Shown piece after piece: positions 8,435 through 16,904 of a stretch of 45,038 nt of DNA. The notes below the pieces were generated by a model, which searched no databases, had not been told where the DNA came from, and worked only from the letters and a program-made list of their open reading frames with translations. The position numbers and the translations under genes were made by a program. Every line of letters starts with the position of its first letter. The first letter of the stretch is position 1. This DNA comes from Candidatus Peribacteria bacterium (GTDB taxonomy: Bacteria; Patescibacteriota; Gracilibacteria; Peribacterales; Peribacteraceae): assembly GCA_009691305.1 (NCBI GenBank), contig SICS01000002.1, forward strand, positions 1-45,038, in the 5' to 3' direction.

Positions 8435-9796
8435 ATGCTTTTCGGTAGTGATATTTTCCTGCTCTGGTTCCTGCCGATCACACTCGCGTCATATTTCCTG
8501 TGTCCGGGGAAATACCGGAATCTTTTGTTGCTCATTGCGAGCTATCTTTTCTATGCATGGTGGGACGTCGCGTCGCTGGGGTTAATGATCGTCGCGACGG
8601 TGATCAATTACGTTGCTGGGATATTCATCAGCCGCGCGCGCGACACATCCTCGAAGTATTGGCTCCTCACGGCTGTCATCGTCATAGACGTACTGATCCT
8701 CTGCTTCTTCAAGTACGAGCGGATGCTCGCGACGACCATCAACGATGCCGCAGGCCACGGCCTGATCCCGATCTTGAATGTGATCCTCCCGATCGGCATT
8801 TCGTTCTATCTTTTTGAGGCGATCAGCTACTGCGTCGAGTGTGCACGGGGCGGGTCACGAGCCAAATCTTTCGTCGAATTCGCCTGCTACCTCAGCCTCT
8901 TTCCGCACGTGCTCGCCGGCCCGATCATCCGGTTTTCGCAAATCGACGACCAACTCCGCACGCGTAAGCACTCCTTCCTCCTGGGGGCCGAAGGTGGCTA
9001 CCGCTTCCTGCTCGGGCTCAGCAAAAAAATCCTGATCGCCGATTCCGTAGCGATGGTCGCCGACTCCGCGTTCGCCGCGACTCCCTCATCGTCGCTCCTC
9101 GCGTGGATGGGCATCGCCGCATACACGCTGCAGATCTACTTCGATTTCTCCGGCTACAGCGACATGGCGATCGGCCTCGGCCTGATGTTCGGGTTCCGGT
9201 TCCCCGAGAACTTCAATCTCCCCTACTTCTCCATCAGCATCACCGAGTTCTGGCGGCGGTGGCACATGACGCTCTCCTCCTGGTTCCGCGACTACGTCTA
9301 CATCGGCCTGGGCGGCAACCGTGGGGGCACGTTCCGCACGCTGCGGAACCTCTTCCTGACGATGCTCCTGGCGGGGTGGTGGCACGGCGCCAACTGGACC
9401 TTCGTCGTGTGGGGCGGGTACTACGGCGCGCTGCTCTGCATCGAGCGCCTGCTGCATCCCTCGGGCGTCCTGGAACGCCTGCCCACGGCCCTCCGTCGTC
9501 TCCTCACACTCTTCTTGGTGATGATGGGATGGGTGCTCTTCCGCAGCCAAACCTTCACGCAGGCGATGGCGTACTACGCGGCGCTCTTCTCGTTCACTCC
9601 TGGCAGTGTCCTCTCCCATCGGTTCGCACTGATCACGGTCGTTGTCGGCATCATCGCTGCATGTGTCGAGTACTACGTTCCGCAGAAGCCGCGATATTCC
9701 CTGTCCCTTGTTTTTCAATCCTGTGTCCTTTTCCTCCTCTGCCTCATCGTGATCTTCGGCGATAACGCGTCCCCCTTCATCTACTTTCAGTTCTGA
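8435..9796 (+). CDS. MBOAT-family membrane O-acyltransferase (AlgI/PatA/DltB-like)
   Basis: Polytopic membrane protein with the family region FWRRWHMTLSSWFRDYVYIGLGGNRGG ... WWHGANWTFVVWG, including the conserved His. Confidence 0.9.
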   Translation: MLFGSDIFLLWFLPITLASYFLCPGKYRNLLLLIASYLFYAWWDVASLGLMIVATVINYVAGIFISRARDTSSKYWLLTAVIVIDVLILCFFKYERMLATTINDAAGHGLIPILNVILPIGISFYLFEAISYCVECARGGSRAKSFVEFACYLSLFPHVLAGPIIRFSQIDDQLRTRKHSFLLGAEGGYRFLLGLSKKILIADSVAMVADSAFAATPSSSLLAWMGIAAYTLQIYFDFSGYSDMAIGLGLMFGFRFPENFNLPYFSISITEFWRRWHMTLSSWFRDYVYIGLGGNRGGTFRTLRNLFLTMLLAGWWHGANWTFVVWGGYYGALLCIERLLHPSGVLERLPTALRRLLTLFLVMMGWVLFRSQTFTQAMAYYAALFSFTPGSVLSHRFALITVVVGIIAACVEYYVPQKPRYSLSLVFQSCVLFLLCLIVIFGDNASPFIYFQF

Positions 9797-10953
9797 TGCC
9801 CTCCGCACCCAACAATCCCCGGCTTTACTGCGTAGTCCTCCTCAGCCTGCTCGGGGTGGTGGTGCTCGGTGATCGCATCGCTGCGCTCACGTTCCAACCG
9901 GGATCACTCTTCTTCCGCGGATGGGAGTATGTGAGCGGTGCGGGGCGGTACAACAACGCGCGTCGCAGCATCATCTACACACAGCGCGAGTACGGTGACC
10001 TTGGCAACATGCTGGGCGTCGATGCCTACAAGCAATGGCGGATGAATACGTACACGATGGACGATGAGGGCTACCGCAACGCACACGGCGCACGGAACCC
10101 CAAAGCGAAGGTCCTGCTCGTCGGCGATTCCTTCATCTCCGGCGTGGGCAATACCGATGACGATACGTTCGCGGTGCGACTCCAGGCGGCCCTCGGACGC
10201 CCCGTTGAGCCCTACGTGCCCGGCGATCTCTCGCTGCTGCTGCGTGAGAAGCGATTCCCCGAGAGCGTGAAAGGCTCTCTCCTGGTCTGGGGCAGGGTCG
10301 AGAGGAATCTGACGTCTGAGGATGGCGAGATGGCCAAGTGGCTGCGTGACTCCGTCTGTTTCGCTGAGACACCGCGGGAGAAGTCCATCAACGATGCCAA
10401 GACCTGGGTCAAACGTCTCATCGGCGGCCTCACCGAATATTTCCACATCTCGCCACTACGCCGCCTGGGCCAACACCTCTTCCAGGAGCTCCGCTTCGCC
10501 GTCACGGGAGGCCACGCATCCAGCGTCGTCGTCCCCGAGAACGGGTCCGACATACTCTTCTTCGCCAAAGATGTCGGCCTGCTCTCGCAATCTGCAGACG
10601 ACCGTCAGATGACGTCCGTCGCCGATGCCATCGCCCACGCGCGCGATTGCCTCGGCACGCTTGGCATATCACTCCTCGTCGTCACGATCCCCGATAAGTC
10701 GCACGTCTACGTTGCCGATGTTCCCGCGTCCCGCAAACCTGCCAAGCCCCTCTCCCCCGATCCGCTTGAGGTCCTCGAGAAGCTGCTGCGCGGCCGGAAG
10801 ATCGCGTCGGTCAATCTCACACCCGCGTTCATCCAGCAGGCCAAGAATGCCAAGCGTCTCTACTGGAACGACGACACGCATTGGAACCCCACGGGCATCA
10901 ACCTGGCGGCCGTGCATACCGCGAGTGCTATCAAGAAGCTGAAGTTGAAATAG
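9796..10953 (+). CDS. AlgJ/AlgX/PatB-like SGNH-fold acyltransferase (DHHW family)
   Basis: N-terminal TM anchor, GDS block (LLVGDSFISG) and DTHW block (WNDDTHWNPTG). The start overlaps the MBOAT stop (TGATG), suggesting translational coupling. Confidence 0.75.
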   Translation: MPSAPNNPRLYCVVLLSLLGVVVLGDRIAALTFQPGSLFFRGWEYVSGAGRYNNARRSIIYTQREYGDLGNMLGVDAYKQWRMNTYTMDDEGYRNAHGARNPKAKVLLVGDSFISGVGNTDDDTFAVRLQAALGRPVEPYVPGDLSLLLREKRFPESVKGSLLVWGRVERNLTSEDGEMAKWLRDSVCFAETPREKSINDAKTWVKRLIGGLTEYFHISPLRRLGQHLFQELRFAVTGGHASSVVVPENGSDILFFAKDVGLLSQSADDRQMTSVADAIAHARDCLGTLGISLLVVTIPDKSHVYVADVPASRKPAKPLSPDPLEVLEKLLRGRKIASVNLTPAFIQQAKNAKRLYWNDDTHWNPTGINLAAVHTASAIKKLKLK

Positions 10954-11069
10954 GGGAAAGAGGTTTGTCAGCTTCATGAAACGGTGATACGATACTTTGG
11001 CTCCTCGTCCAGTTGGGCGGAGGAGGCAAAGGTGACAGCTCTTTTTGCATCGCGCAGTTCATCTATCGC

Positions 11070-11145
11070 GGATCCGTAGCTCAATGGTTAGAGCGCTCCC
11101 CTGTCACGGGAGAGGTTGCGGGTTCGAGCCCCGTCGGATCCGCCA
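11070..11145 (+). tRNA. tRNA-Asp (anticodon GTC), CCA encoded
   Basis: Manual cloverleaf. Acceptor GGATCCG/CGGATCC, D arm GCTC..GAGC, anticodon arm CTCCC-CTGTCAC-GGGAG (GTC at positions 34-36), T arm GCGGG-TTCGAGC-CCCGT, discriminator G, then CCA. Confidence 0.92.
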
Positions 11146-11201
11146 GAATATTTAAACCACAACCAAGCTGCCAGAATTCCAAAACTTCCTCCGAGACCCC
11201 T

Positions 11202-11238
11202 CGTAGCTCCGCAGAGCGAAGTGGGGTCGGATCCGCCA
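11202..11238 (+). pseudogene. truncated tRNA-Asp-like fragment (D-arm-like segment plus exact 3' acceptor/CCA copy)
   Basis: CGTAGCTC (as in the tRNA D arm) followed by GTCGGATCCGCCA at 11226-11238. The latter is a 13/13 copy of tRNA positions 11133-11145. No anticodon arm. Confidence 0.55.
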
Positions 11239-11307
11239 TTGGTACACAGTTAGAATCTTACGATTGCATGAATTGCTTATTTTGCGGTATTTATTCAGAA
11301 TCGCGTC

Positions 11308-12225
11308 ATGCAAACGATACTGAATGATCCTGAGATTGATGCATTCTTGCAACGTTTTACAAACAAGGCGTTGTGGATTCAGTTTCTCGTTCTGATTCCA
11401 GTCACACTCTTTGTTCTCTTGGTTCTTTGGGTGGTTTCTCTGGCCACGGCATTGGGCATCGGTTTTCGGGATGGCTGCGTTAACGGTGGAGCTGCCTGCG
11501 CTATTCCTGTCACTCAACTTATTGAATTGATCCTTGTTCCGGCAACTTTCATTCTCCTCTTGGTTTCCGTTGTGAGCATTCTGAGGAAAAGAATTTTAGG
11601 ATATAAGTTATTCGCGATATGTATCGGCCTAACGATCGTACAAGCAATAATTCCGGGAAATTACGTCTTCCCCCTCCTTCAAGAAGTCAGCAGCCAATTC
11701 TTTCCATACTCACGATCAGAAACACCTTCTCCTGCCCGCGTGCTACTCTCTGAGGACAGGCGAGCTGCATTAGGTACCGATGTCAAAGAGTACAAGGATG
11801 AGAAAAGAAAATTTTCTATTGAATATCCCTCCAAATGGACAATGGTTCAAAACAACCCAGGTGGTCGTTCGTCTGCAGTCTATGCTGGCAATGTGTATCT
11901 CAATTTTTATCCTTCGGAAAACTCGTCATCAAATGCCTATAAGATTTTCCGTGGGTTTGATATCCAAATATATGACAATGAGACCCTTGCTGGATTTGCA
12001 AAAAATCTTTCCAAAGAATCGCCTGATATCCATATTACTCAAATAACCAGCATCAACGGATTTGCGGGCTTCCAGTATGACAACTCATTGGCAGATATGG
12101 TTGGTGAACAACAGATCCATACTCAGGTATTGCAGGTCGGAAATAAGGTATTTGAGATTCGGGCTGATCGGAATGAATCATTGGAGCTGCAACGGTATAT
12201 AGGAACTATTCAAAACCTTCCCTGA
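11308..12225 (+). CDS. hypothetical membrane protein (AT-richer than neighbouring genes)
   Basis: 305-aa ORF with several N-terminal hydrophobic helices and a soluble C-terminal domain. No family recognised. Composition is visibly AT-richer than neighbouring genes. Confidence 0.6.
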   Translation: MQTILNDPEIDAFLQRFTNKALWIQFLVLIPVTLFVLLVLWVVSLATALGIGFRDGCVNGGAACAIPVTQLIELILVPATFILLLVSVVSILRKRILGYKLFAICIGLTIVQAIIPGNYVFPLLQEVSSQFFPYSRSETPSPARVLLSEDRRAALGTDVKEYKDEKRKFSIEYPSKWTMVQNNPGGRSSAVYAGNVYLNFYPSENSSSNAYKIFRGFDIQIYDNETLAGFAKNLSKESPDIHITQITSINGFAGFQYDNSLADMVGEQQIHTQVLQVGNKVFEIRADRNESLELQRYIGTIQNLP

Positions 12226-12337
12226 ATCATTGTTGGGAGACAAGAATTTTAGTTTCTGGGTTATTTGTCTCAGATCGATCTTCACGAGTTCTAACAGCAT
12301 CCTTCCTGCCCGTCCGTAGGCGAGAGGAGGCGGGTCG

Positions 12338-13951
12338 ATGCCGCCATACATCTCAGGCATACTTCCAGCCATGACCATGAAGTCTCTGCGGCGCGACCGC
12401 TGGAAGGCCATTCCCCTCTTCGCGGTTTTTCTTGTTGTCGGGTTGTTGCTGTATGGCCATGGGCTCACAAACGCCTTCGTCACGCTGGATGACGATATGC
12501 TGATCACGCTCAACACGGTCGTCCACGAGCTCTCCCCCCACTCCATCGCACGCGCTTTTACGATGTACGACCCCGAGCTGTACATCCCGCTCACCCTCGT
12601 CGCCTATCAAATCTTGTACCACTTCTTCGGGTTGCTGCCCGAGGCGTATCACCTACTCAGTCTCCTCCTCCACGTTGCCAACGCGCTGTTGGTATTCCTT
12701 TTCATCCGCGAACTCTCGGGCCGGCGTGGGGTGGCACTGATGACTGCGCTGCTTTTCCTGGTGCATCCTCTTCATGTGGAAGCCGTGATGTGGGCCTCTG
12801 CGATCAAGGATGTGCTGTCCTCGTTTTTCCTCTTACTGTCGCTGTTTTTCTACATGCGCTTCCTCCGGAAAGGGTCGAAAAAATATCTCCGCTGGAGCAT
12901 GGAGGCGTTTGGTGTGGGGTTACTCTGCAAAGTCTCGATCATCATCCTGCCCATCCTCTTGCTGTTGATTGATGTACGGGAGAAGCGCCGTATCGGGGAG
13001 AAAAACCTGCAAGAGAAACTCCCCTACTTCGTCCTCGCGGTCGTCTTCGGCTTTATCGCGGTCGTCGGAAAACTCAGTGCTGTGTCGCAGATGAACATGT
13101 CCGATCTGGTCCTCGTGAGCGCGAAGGCGACGCTCTTCCAACTCACCAGCCTTGTCTGGCCCACGGATCTCTCCGTCCTCTATCCGTACCATGGCCCCAT
13201 CAGCCTCAGCTCCCCTCCCTTCCTCGTACCAGTGATTTTCTGCTTCGCACTGGGCTCTTTGGCGGTTGTACTCCGGAAGAAAATGCCGAATGTGCTCTTC
13301 TGTACGGGCTTTTTCGTCCTCGCGCTTTTCCCGAGCTTCTTCAACTATGCGAAGGTTGATATCTACATCACGTCCGACCGGTACGCGTACATCCCGTCGA
13401 TTGGCTTCTTCTTTCTCGCAGTGTCCGTCGCGTCCATCATCCTAAACCGACTGCACGTGTCGCACAGCGCCCGTCCCCTCCTCTCATTCATCCCCCTTTT
13501 CCTTCTTTCGGCAGTCACATTCGTTCAGGTCGAGGTGTGGAGGAACAGCGAGACGCTCTTCTCACACGCGATCCAGGTCTCTCCGCAAAGTTTCCTCGCA
13601 TACAACAATCGCGGCACGAATCGGCTGTTTGAAGGCCGCATTGATGGCGCGTTGGAGGACTTCAAGAAGGCCCTCCAGATCAACCCGGGCCACCGCGTCA
13701 TTTGGTCGAACCTCGGCGATGCGTACTTGAAGAAGCTGATGCTGCCAGAAGCAGAATCTGCCTATCGGGAAGCACTCAAAATCGAGCCGAACACCGTCGA
13801 AGCGCACGTCGGCCTCGGCAATATGTACAAGCACCTCGGACGCAAAGAAGATTCGTTAGCCGAGTACGGAATCGCGCTCTCCATCGATCAGGCCTACGTG
13901 ATCAAGAGGTTGAGTGAGGCGATCGAGCGTCAAAACGGCAGGGCTCCATGA
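12338..13951 (+). CDS. polytopic membrane protein with C-terminal TPR repeats (GT-C / PMT-TMTC-like glycosyltransferase candidate)
   Basis: About 10 predicted TM segments. First-loop acidic motif FVTLDDDMLI as in GT-C enzymes. C-terminal TPR repeats (AYNNRGTNRLFEGRIDGALEDFKKALQINPG, WSNLGDAYLKKLMLPEAESAYREALKIEPN, HVGLGNMYKHLGRKEDSLAEYGIALSID). Confidence 0.7.
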   Translation: MPPYISGILPAMTMKSLRRDRWKAIPLFAVFLVVGLLLYGHGLTNAFVTLDDDMLITLNTVVHELSPHSIARAFTMYDPELYIPLTLVAYQILYHFFGLLPEAYHLLSLLLHVANALLVFLFIRELSGRRGVALMTALLFLVHPLHVEAVMWASAIKDVLSSFFLLLSLFFYMRFLRKGSKKYLRWSMEAFGVGLLCKVSIIILPILLLLIDVREKRRIGEKNLQEKLPYFVLAVVFGFIAVVGKLSAVSQMNMSDLVLVSAKATLFQLTSLVWPTDLSVLYPYHGPISLSSPPFLVPVIFCFALGSLAVVLRKKMPNVLFCTGFFVLALFPSFFNYAKVDIYITSDRYAYIPSIGFFFLAVSVASIILNRLHVSHSARPLLSFIPLFLLSAVTFVQVEVWRNSETLFSHAIQVSPQSFLAYNNRGTNRLFEGRIDGALEDFKKALQINPGHRVIWSNLGDAYLKKLMLPEAESAYREALKIEPNTVEAHVGLGNMYKHLGRKEDSLAEYGIALSIDQAYVIKRLSEAIERQNGRAP

Positions 13952-14038
13952 TGGACGTCTGGAGGGTTTCATGGAGGCCTCCAAGATGTCTTGCGATGGA
14001 CTCCACCTTTGGTTGTGGAGGCCTTCACGGAGGCCTCC

Positions 14039-14692
14039 ATGGAGGATATGGTGGAGGCTATGACAGTCCCCTACCTCACAATCAGTGAAGCAGCAGAGAA
14101 GACAAGACGCTCCGAGAGCACGGTACGGAGGGTCATCCACAGTATCGCCAAAGAAAAACATCCCGATCGCGGATTATTGCAGCCGAGCATCGGTGAGGTG
14201 AAGGAGTTCAAGAAGAAAGGGGAAAACTTCACGTGGAAGATTGCCGAGGAAGTCCTGCTCCGGAATTTGCAGCGAGTCCAGGAGCAAGAGAAAAAAAAGA
14301 CCACTCCATTCTCTTCCAACGTCGACGTTGAAATCCTTGCCATGTTGAAGCACGAGCTGGAGCAGAAGAGTAAGCACATCGAAAAGCAGTGGGAGGTGAT
14401 CGCCTCCTTGAATGAGCGGTTGCGCGAAGGGAACATCCTGATGGGTACGTTGCAGAAGCGCCTGGCGATTCCGGAGGCCTCCACGCCGTCGGAATCGGTC
14501 CTGGAGGCCGTCACCCTGAAGCCCTCCCCGCCTGACCGGCGGGCAGGCGCGGAGGCCTCCGTGAAGCCCCCCAAGAAGGCCTCCAAAATGCCCTCCACTG
14601 GAGCCTCCAAGAAGGCCTCCATGGAGGCCTCCACGCACACGTCATCCAGCAAGAAGAAGAGGGGATTCTTCGCTTGGTTTAGCGGAAATTAG
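14039..14692 (+). CDS. hypothetical HTH (excisionase/MerR-like) plus coiled-coil protein with EAS/KKAS repeat tail
   Basis: YLTISEAAEKTRRSESTVRRVIHSI resembles an HTH_17-type motif. Central coiled-coil-like segment and Lys/Ser/Ala repeat tail. Start uncertain (TTG 13991, ATG 14039, 14048 or 14060). Confidence 0.55.
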   Translation: MEDMVEAMTVPYLTISEAAEKTRRSESTVRRVIHSIAKEKHPDRGLLQPSIGEVKEFKKKGENFTWKIAEEVLLRNLQRVQEQEKKKTTPFSSNVDVEILAMLKHELEQKSKHIEKQWEVIASLNERLREGNILMGTLQKRLAIPEASTPSESVLEAVTLKPSPPDRRAGAEASVKPPKKASKMPSTGASKKASMEASTHTSSSKKKRGFFAWFSGN

Positions 14693-16158
14693 AGGTTTGG
14701 GGTCTTGGTGTGCCAGTCCGTCGCCTGTTGGTACGCATGTGCCGCACGCAGGATGGTGCCTTCTTGCCATTGTGCCCCCATCAATTGGAGCCCTATTGGT
14801 AGCGCTGGAACGCCACTTTTTGTGTTCGAAAATCCGCAGGGAATCGAGAGCGCGGGGATGCCTGCCATCACTGCTCCATCCATGAATGCGTCCTCCAGAT
14901 ACATAGCCACCGGATCGTTCGCATGTGCCCCTACGGTGAAGGCCGGAGTGGGGGATACGGGTGCCAACACCACATCCACTTTTTTGAAGGCCTCCGTGAA
15001 GTCCTGCCCGATCAACGTCCGCACTTTCTGCGCTTGTCGGTAGTACGCGTCGTAGTAGCCGGCAGAGAGCGCGTAGGTGCCCACCATGATGCGGCGTTTC
15101 ACCTCCGGGCCGAAGCCTTCCCCGCGAACTTTCTCGTAGTGGTCGAGCAAATTCTCGGCGCCCGTTACGCCATGGCCATAACGGATGCCGTCGTAGCGGG
15201 ACATGTTCGAGCTCACTTCGCAGGGGCAAATCACGTAGTAGGTCGCCAGCGCGTACTTGGTGTGGGGCAGGGAAATATCGACGAGGATTGCACCGAGTTT
15301 TTCGTATTCTTTTGCAGCATCTCGGACAGCTTTTTCCACATCGGGACTCATGCCGTCGATGAAGTATTCGTGCGGGATCCCAATCTTCAATCCCTTCACG
15401 CTGACCTTCAGTTCGGAAACGTAATCTGGCACAGCCAGGTCTGATGTCGTCCCATCCAGAGGGTCCTTGCCGGCAATCGCCTGGAGGATGATCGCCATGT
15501 CCTCTGCGGTCTTCGCGATTGGGCCGATCGTATCGAGCGAGCTGGCCATGCTCATCACGCCGTAGCGGCTTGTGCGCCCGTAGGTCGGCCGCATGCCGGA
15601 GACGTTGCAGAAGCCTGCTGGTTGCCTGATAGAGCCTCCCGTATCCGTCCCCAGCGCGAAGATCCCTTCGGCTGCGGCAACGCCTGCGGCGGAGCCTCCT
15701 GACGAGCCTCCGGCGACGCGCGTCGTGTCCCAAGGATTGCGCGTCACGCCGTAGCACGAGGTCTCCGTGCTCGCGCCCATCGTGAACTCATCGGTGTTCG
15801 TCTTCGCGATGCTGATGGCCCCCGCCTTTTTCAGTCGCTTGGTCGTCGTGGAGTCGAATGGGGGAGTGTAGGTGGGATTCCGGAGGATGTTGCTGCAGCC
15901 GGTGGTCGGCACACCCTCTTCGCAGTAGACGTCTTTGGTAAGGTAGGGGATTCCCGAAAGGGGATTGGTGAAGCCGCCGGAGGAGTCCACTTTTTTCGCT
16001 TCTGTCAGGGCTTTTTCAAAATTTCTGCTGATGATCGCATTCAGCGATTTATCGACGGACTCGATGCGGTCGATGCATGCCTGCACCAGTTCCGCGGAAG
16101 AAATCTCCTTGTTGCGGAGCTTCTTGTGGGCCTGGGCAATAGTGAGAGAGGAAATCAT
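14689..16158 (-). CDS. gatA: Asp-tRNA(Asn)/Glu-tRNA(Gln) amidotransferase subunit A
   Basis: 489 aa. Amidase signature GGSSGGSAAGVAA, and N-terminus MISSLTIAQAHKKLRNKEISSAELVQACIDRI typical of GatA. Confidence 0.95.
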   Translation of the reverse strand: MISSLTIAQAHKKLRNKEISSAELVQACIDRIESVDKSLNAIISRNFEKALTEAKKVDSSGGFTNPLSGIPYLTKDVYCEEGVPTTGCSNILRNPTYTPPFDSTTTKRLKKAGAISIAKTNTDEFTMGASTETSCYGVTRNPWDTTRVAGGSSGGSAAGVAAAEGIFALGTDTGGSIRQPAGFCNVSGMRPTYGRTSRYGVMSMASSLDTIGPIAKTAEDMAIILQAIAGKDPLDGTTSDLAVPDYVSELKVSVKGLKIGIPHEYFIDGMSPDVEKAVRDAAKEYEKLGAILVDISLPHTKYALATYYVICPCEVSSNMSRYDGIRYGHGVTGAENLLDHYEKVRGEGFGPEVKRRIMVGTYALSAGYYDAYYRQAQKVRTLIGQDFTEAFKKVDVVLAPVSPTPAFTVGAHANDPVAMYLEDAFMDGAVMAGIPALSIPCGFSNTKSGVPALPIGLQLMGAQWQEGTILRAAHAYQQATDWHTKTPNL

Positions 16159-16197
16159 GGTTGCGGGCTCGGGCTCGGGCTGGGGCTGGGGTTCGGG
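16159..16197 (-). repeat. hexamer (CCCSAG-like) repeat filling the gatC-gatA spacer, in frame with both genes
   Basis: The minus strand reads TAA CCC GAA CCC CAG CCC CAG CCC GAG CCC GAG CCC GCA ACC ATG. That is stop, PEPQPQPEPEPAT, then the gatA Met. Confidence 0.9.
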
Positions 16198-16494
16198 TTA
16201 TCCGTGGGCGGATGGTGTGACGATTTGATGATCGGCTTTGGGGAGGGGACTGCACGCGAGCAGGTCATCCGGTGTCGCGCCGTCCGTGCGGATGGCATCC
16301 TCGCGGAAACTGTTCGACTGCCCCGTCACCTGTGCCGTCGGCATGACGTCTTTGGTGTCGACTTCGCCCAGCATGTCCACGTACTGCAGGATCGAGGTGA
16401 GTTCTTTGGCGAATTTCTCGACCTCAGCATCCGTGAGAGTGAGGCGTGCGAGCTTCGCGATGTGGCGTACCTGTGCGGAAGTAAGACTCGTCAT
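16198..16494 (-). CDS. gatC: Asp-tRNA(Asn)/Glu-tRNA(Gln) amidotransferase subunit C
   Basis: 98 aa. LTSAQVRHIAKLARLTLTDAEVEKFAKELTSILQYVDMLGEVDT is a typical GatC sequence. Immediately upstream of gatA. Confidence 0.9.
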   Translation of the reverse strand: MTSLTSAQVRHIAKLARLTLTDAEVEKFAKELTSILQYVDMLGEVDTKDVMPTAQVTGQSNSFREDAIRTDGATPDDLLACSPLPKADHQIVTPSAHG

Positions 16495-16514
16495 CCGTCG
16501 CAGGATAGGGGATC

Positions 16515-16904
16515 ATGCGGGGCATGCAACTCCAGAGATTGCGCGGCCGGAAGGTCTGCGACCGCCTCATACGGCACGGAAACGCCTGGAAAGGCCGCCA
16601 CATGCACGTTCGGTGGCTGGTTGGTGCTCCACGACATCCGGCGGCCAAAGACCGCGCAGCGGCCATTTATGTGGGAACCTTGGCCTCCACCAAGCTCGAT
16701 AAGTCTGCTGTGAAACGAAATAGAATGCGCCGTCGGTGCCGGGAGGCCCTCCGCTTGAGCCTCAAAGAACTTCCGGAGATTTCCCAGTCGCTCCAGTTGT
16801 TGATTGCCCCGCGCTCCTCTAGCCTGAGTGCCCCGTTTCCTGCGCTCCAGCAGGACATCCAGTCCTTCTTCTCACTCCATGCCAGAAGCACTCAAGCGCA
16901 ATAA
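16515..16904 (+). CDS. rnpA: ribonuclease P protein component
   Basis: Basic protein with the RNR motif region KSAVKRNRMRRRCREALR. Followed by yidC, as in the conserved rnpA-yidC arrangement. No rpmH seen upstream. Confidence 0.85.
   Translation: MRGMQLQRLRGRKVCDRLIRHGNAWKGRHMHVRWLVGAPRHPAAKDRAAAIYVGTLASTKLDKSAVKRNRMRRRCREALRLSLKELPEISQSLQLLIAPRSSSLSAPFPALQQDIQSFFSLHARSTQAQ

Noticed and set aside
16159-16197. Alternative genetic code (stop-codon reassignment) as the explanation for the in-frame TAA between gatC and gatA.
   Set aside because: TAA, TGA and TAG all terminate well-conserved genes at the expected positions elsewhere in the window (csrA and aguB end in TAA; the dac, MBOAT and FemAB-type genes end in TGA). 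Global reassignment is therefore not supported, and only local readthrough or a split fusion remains possible.
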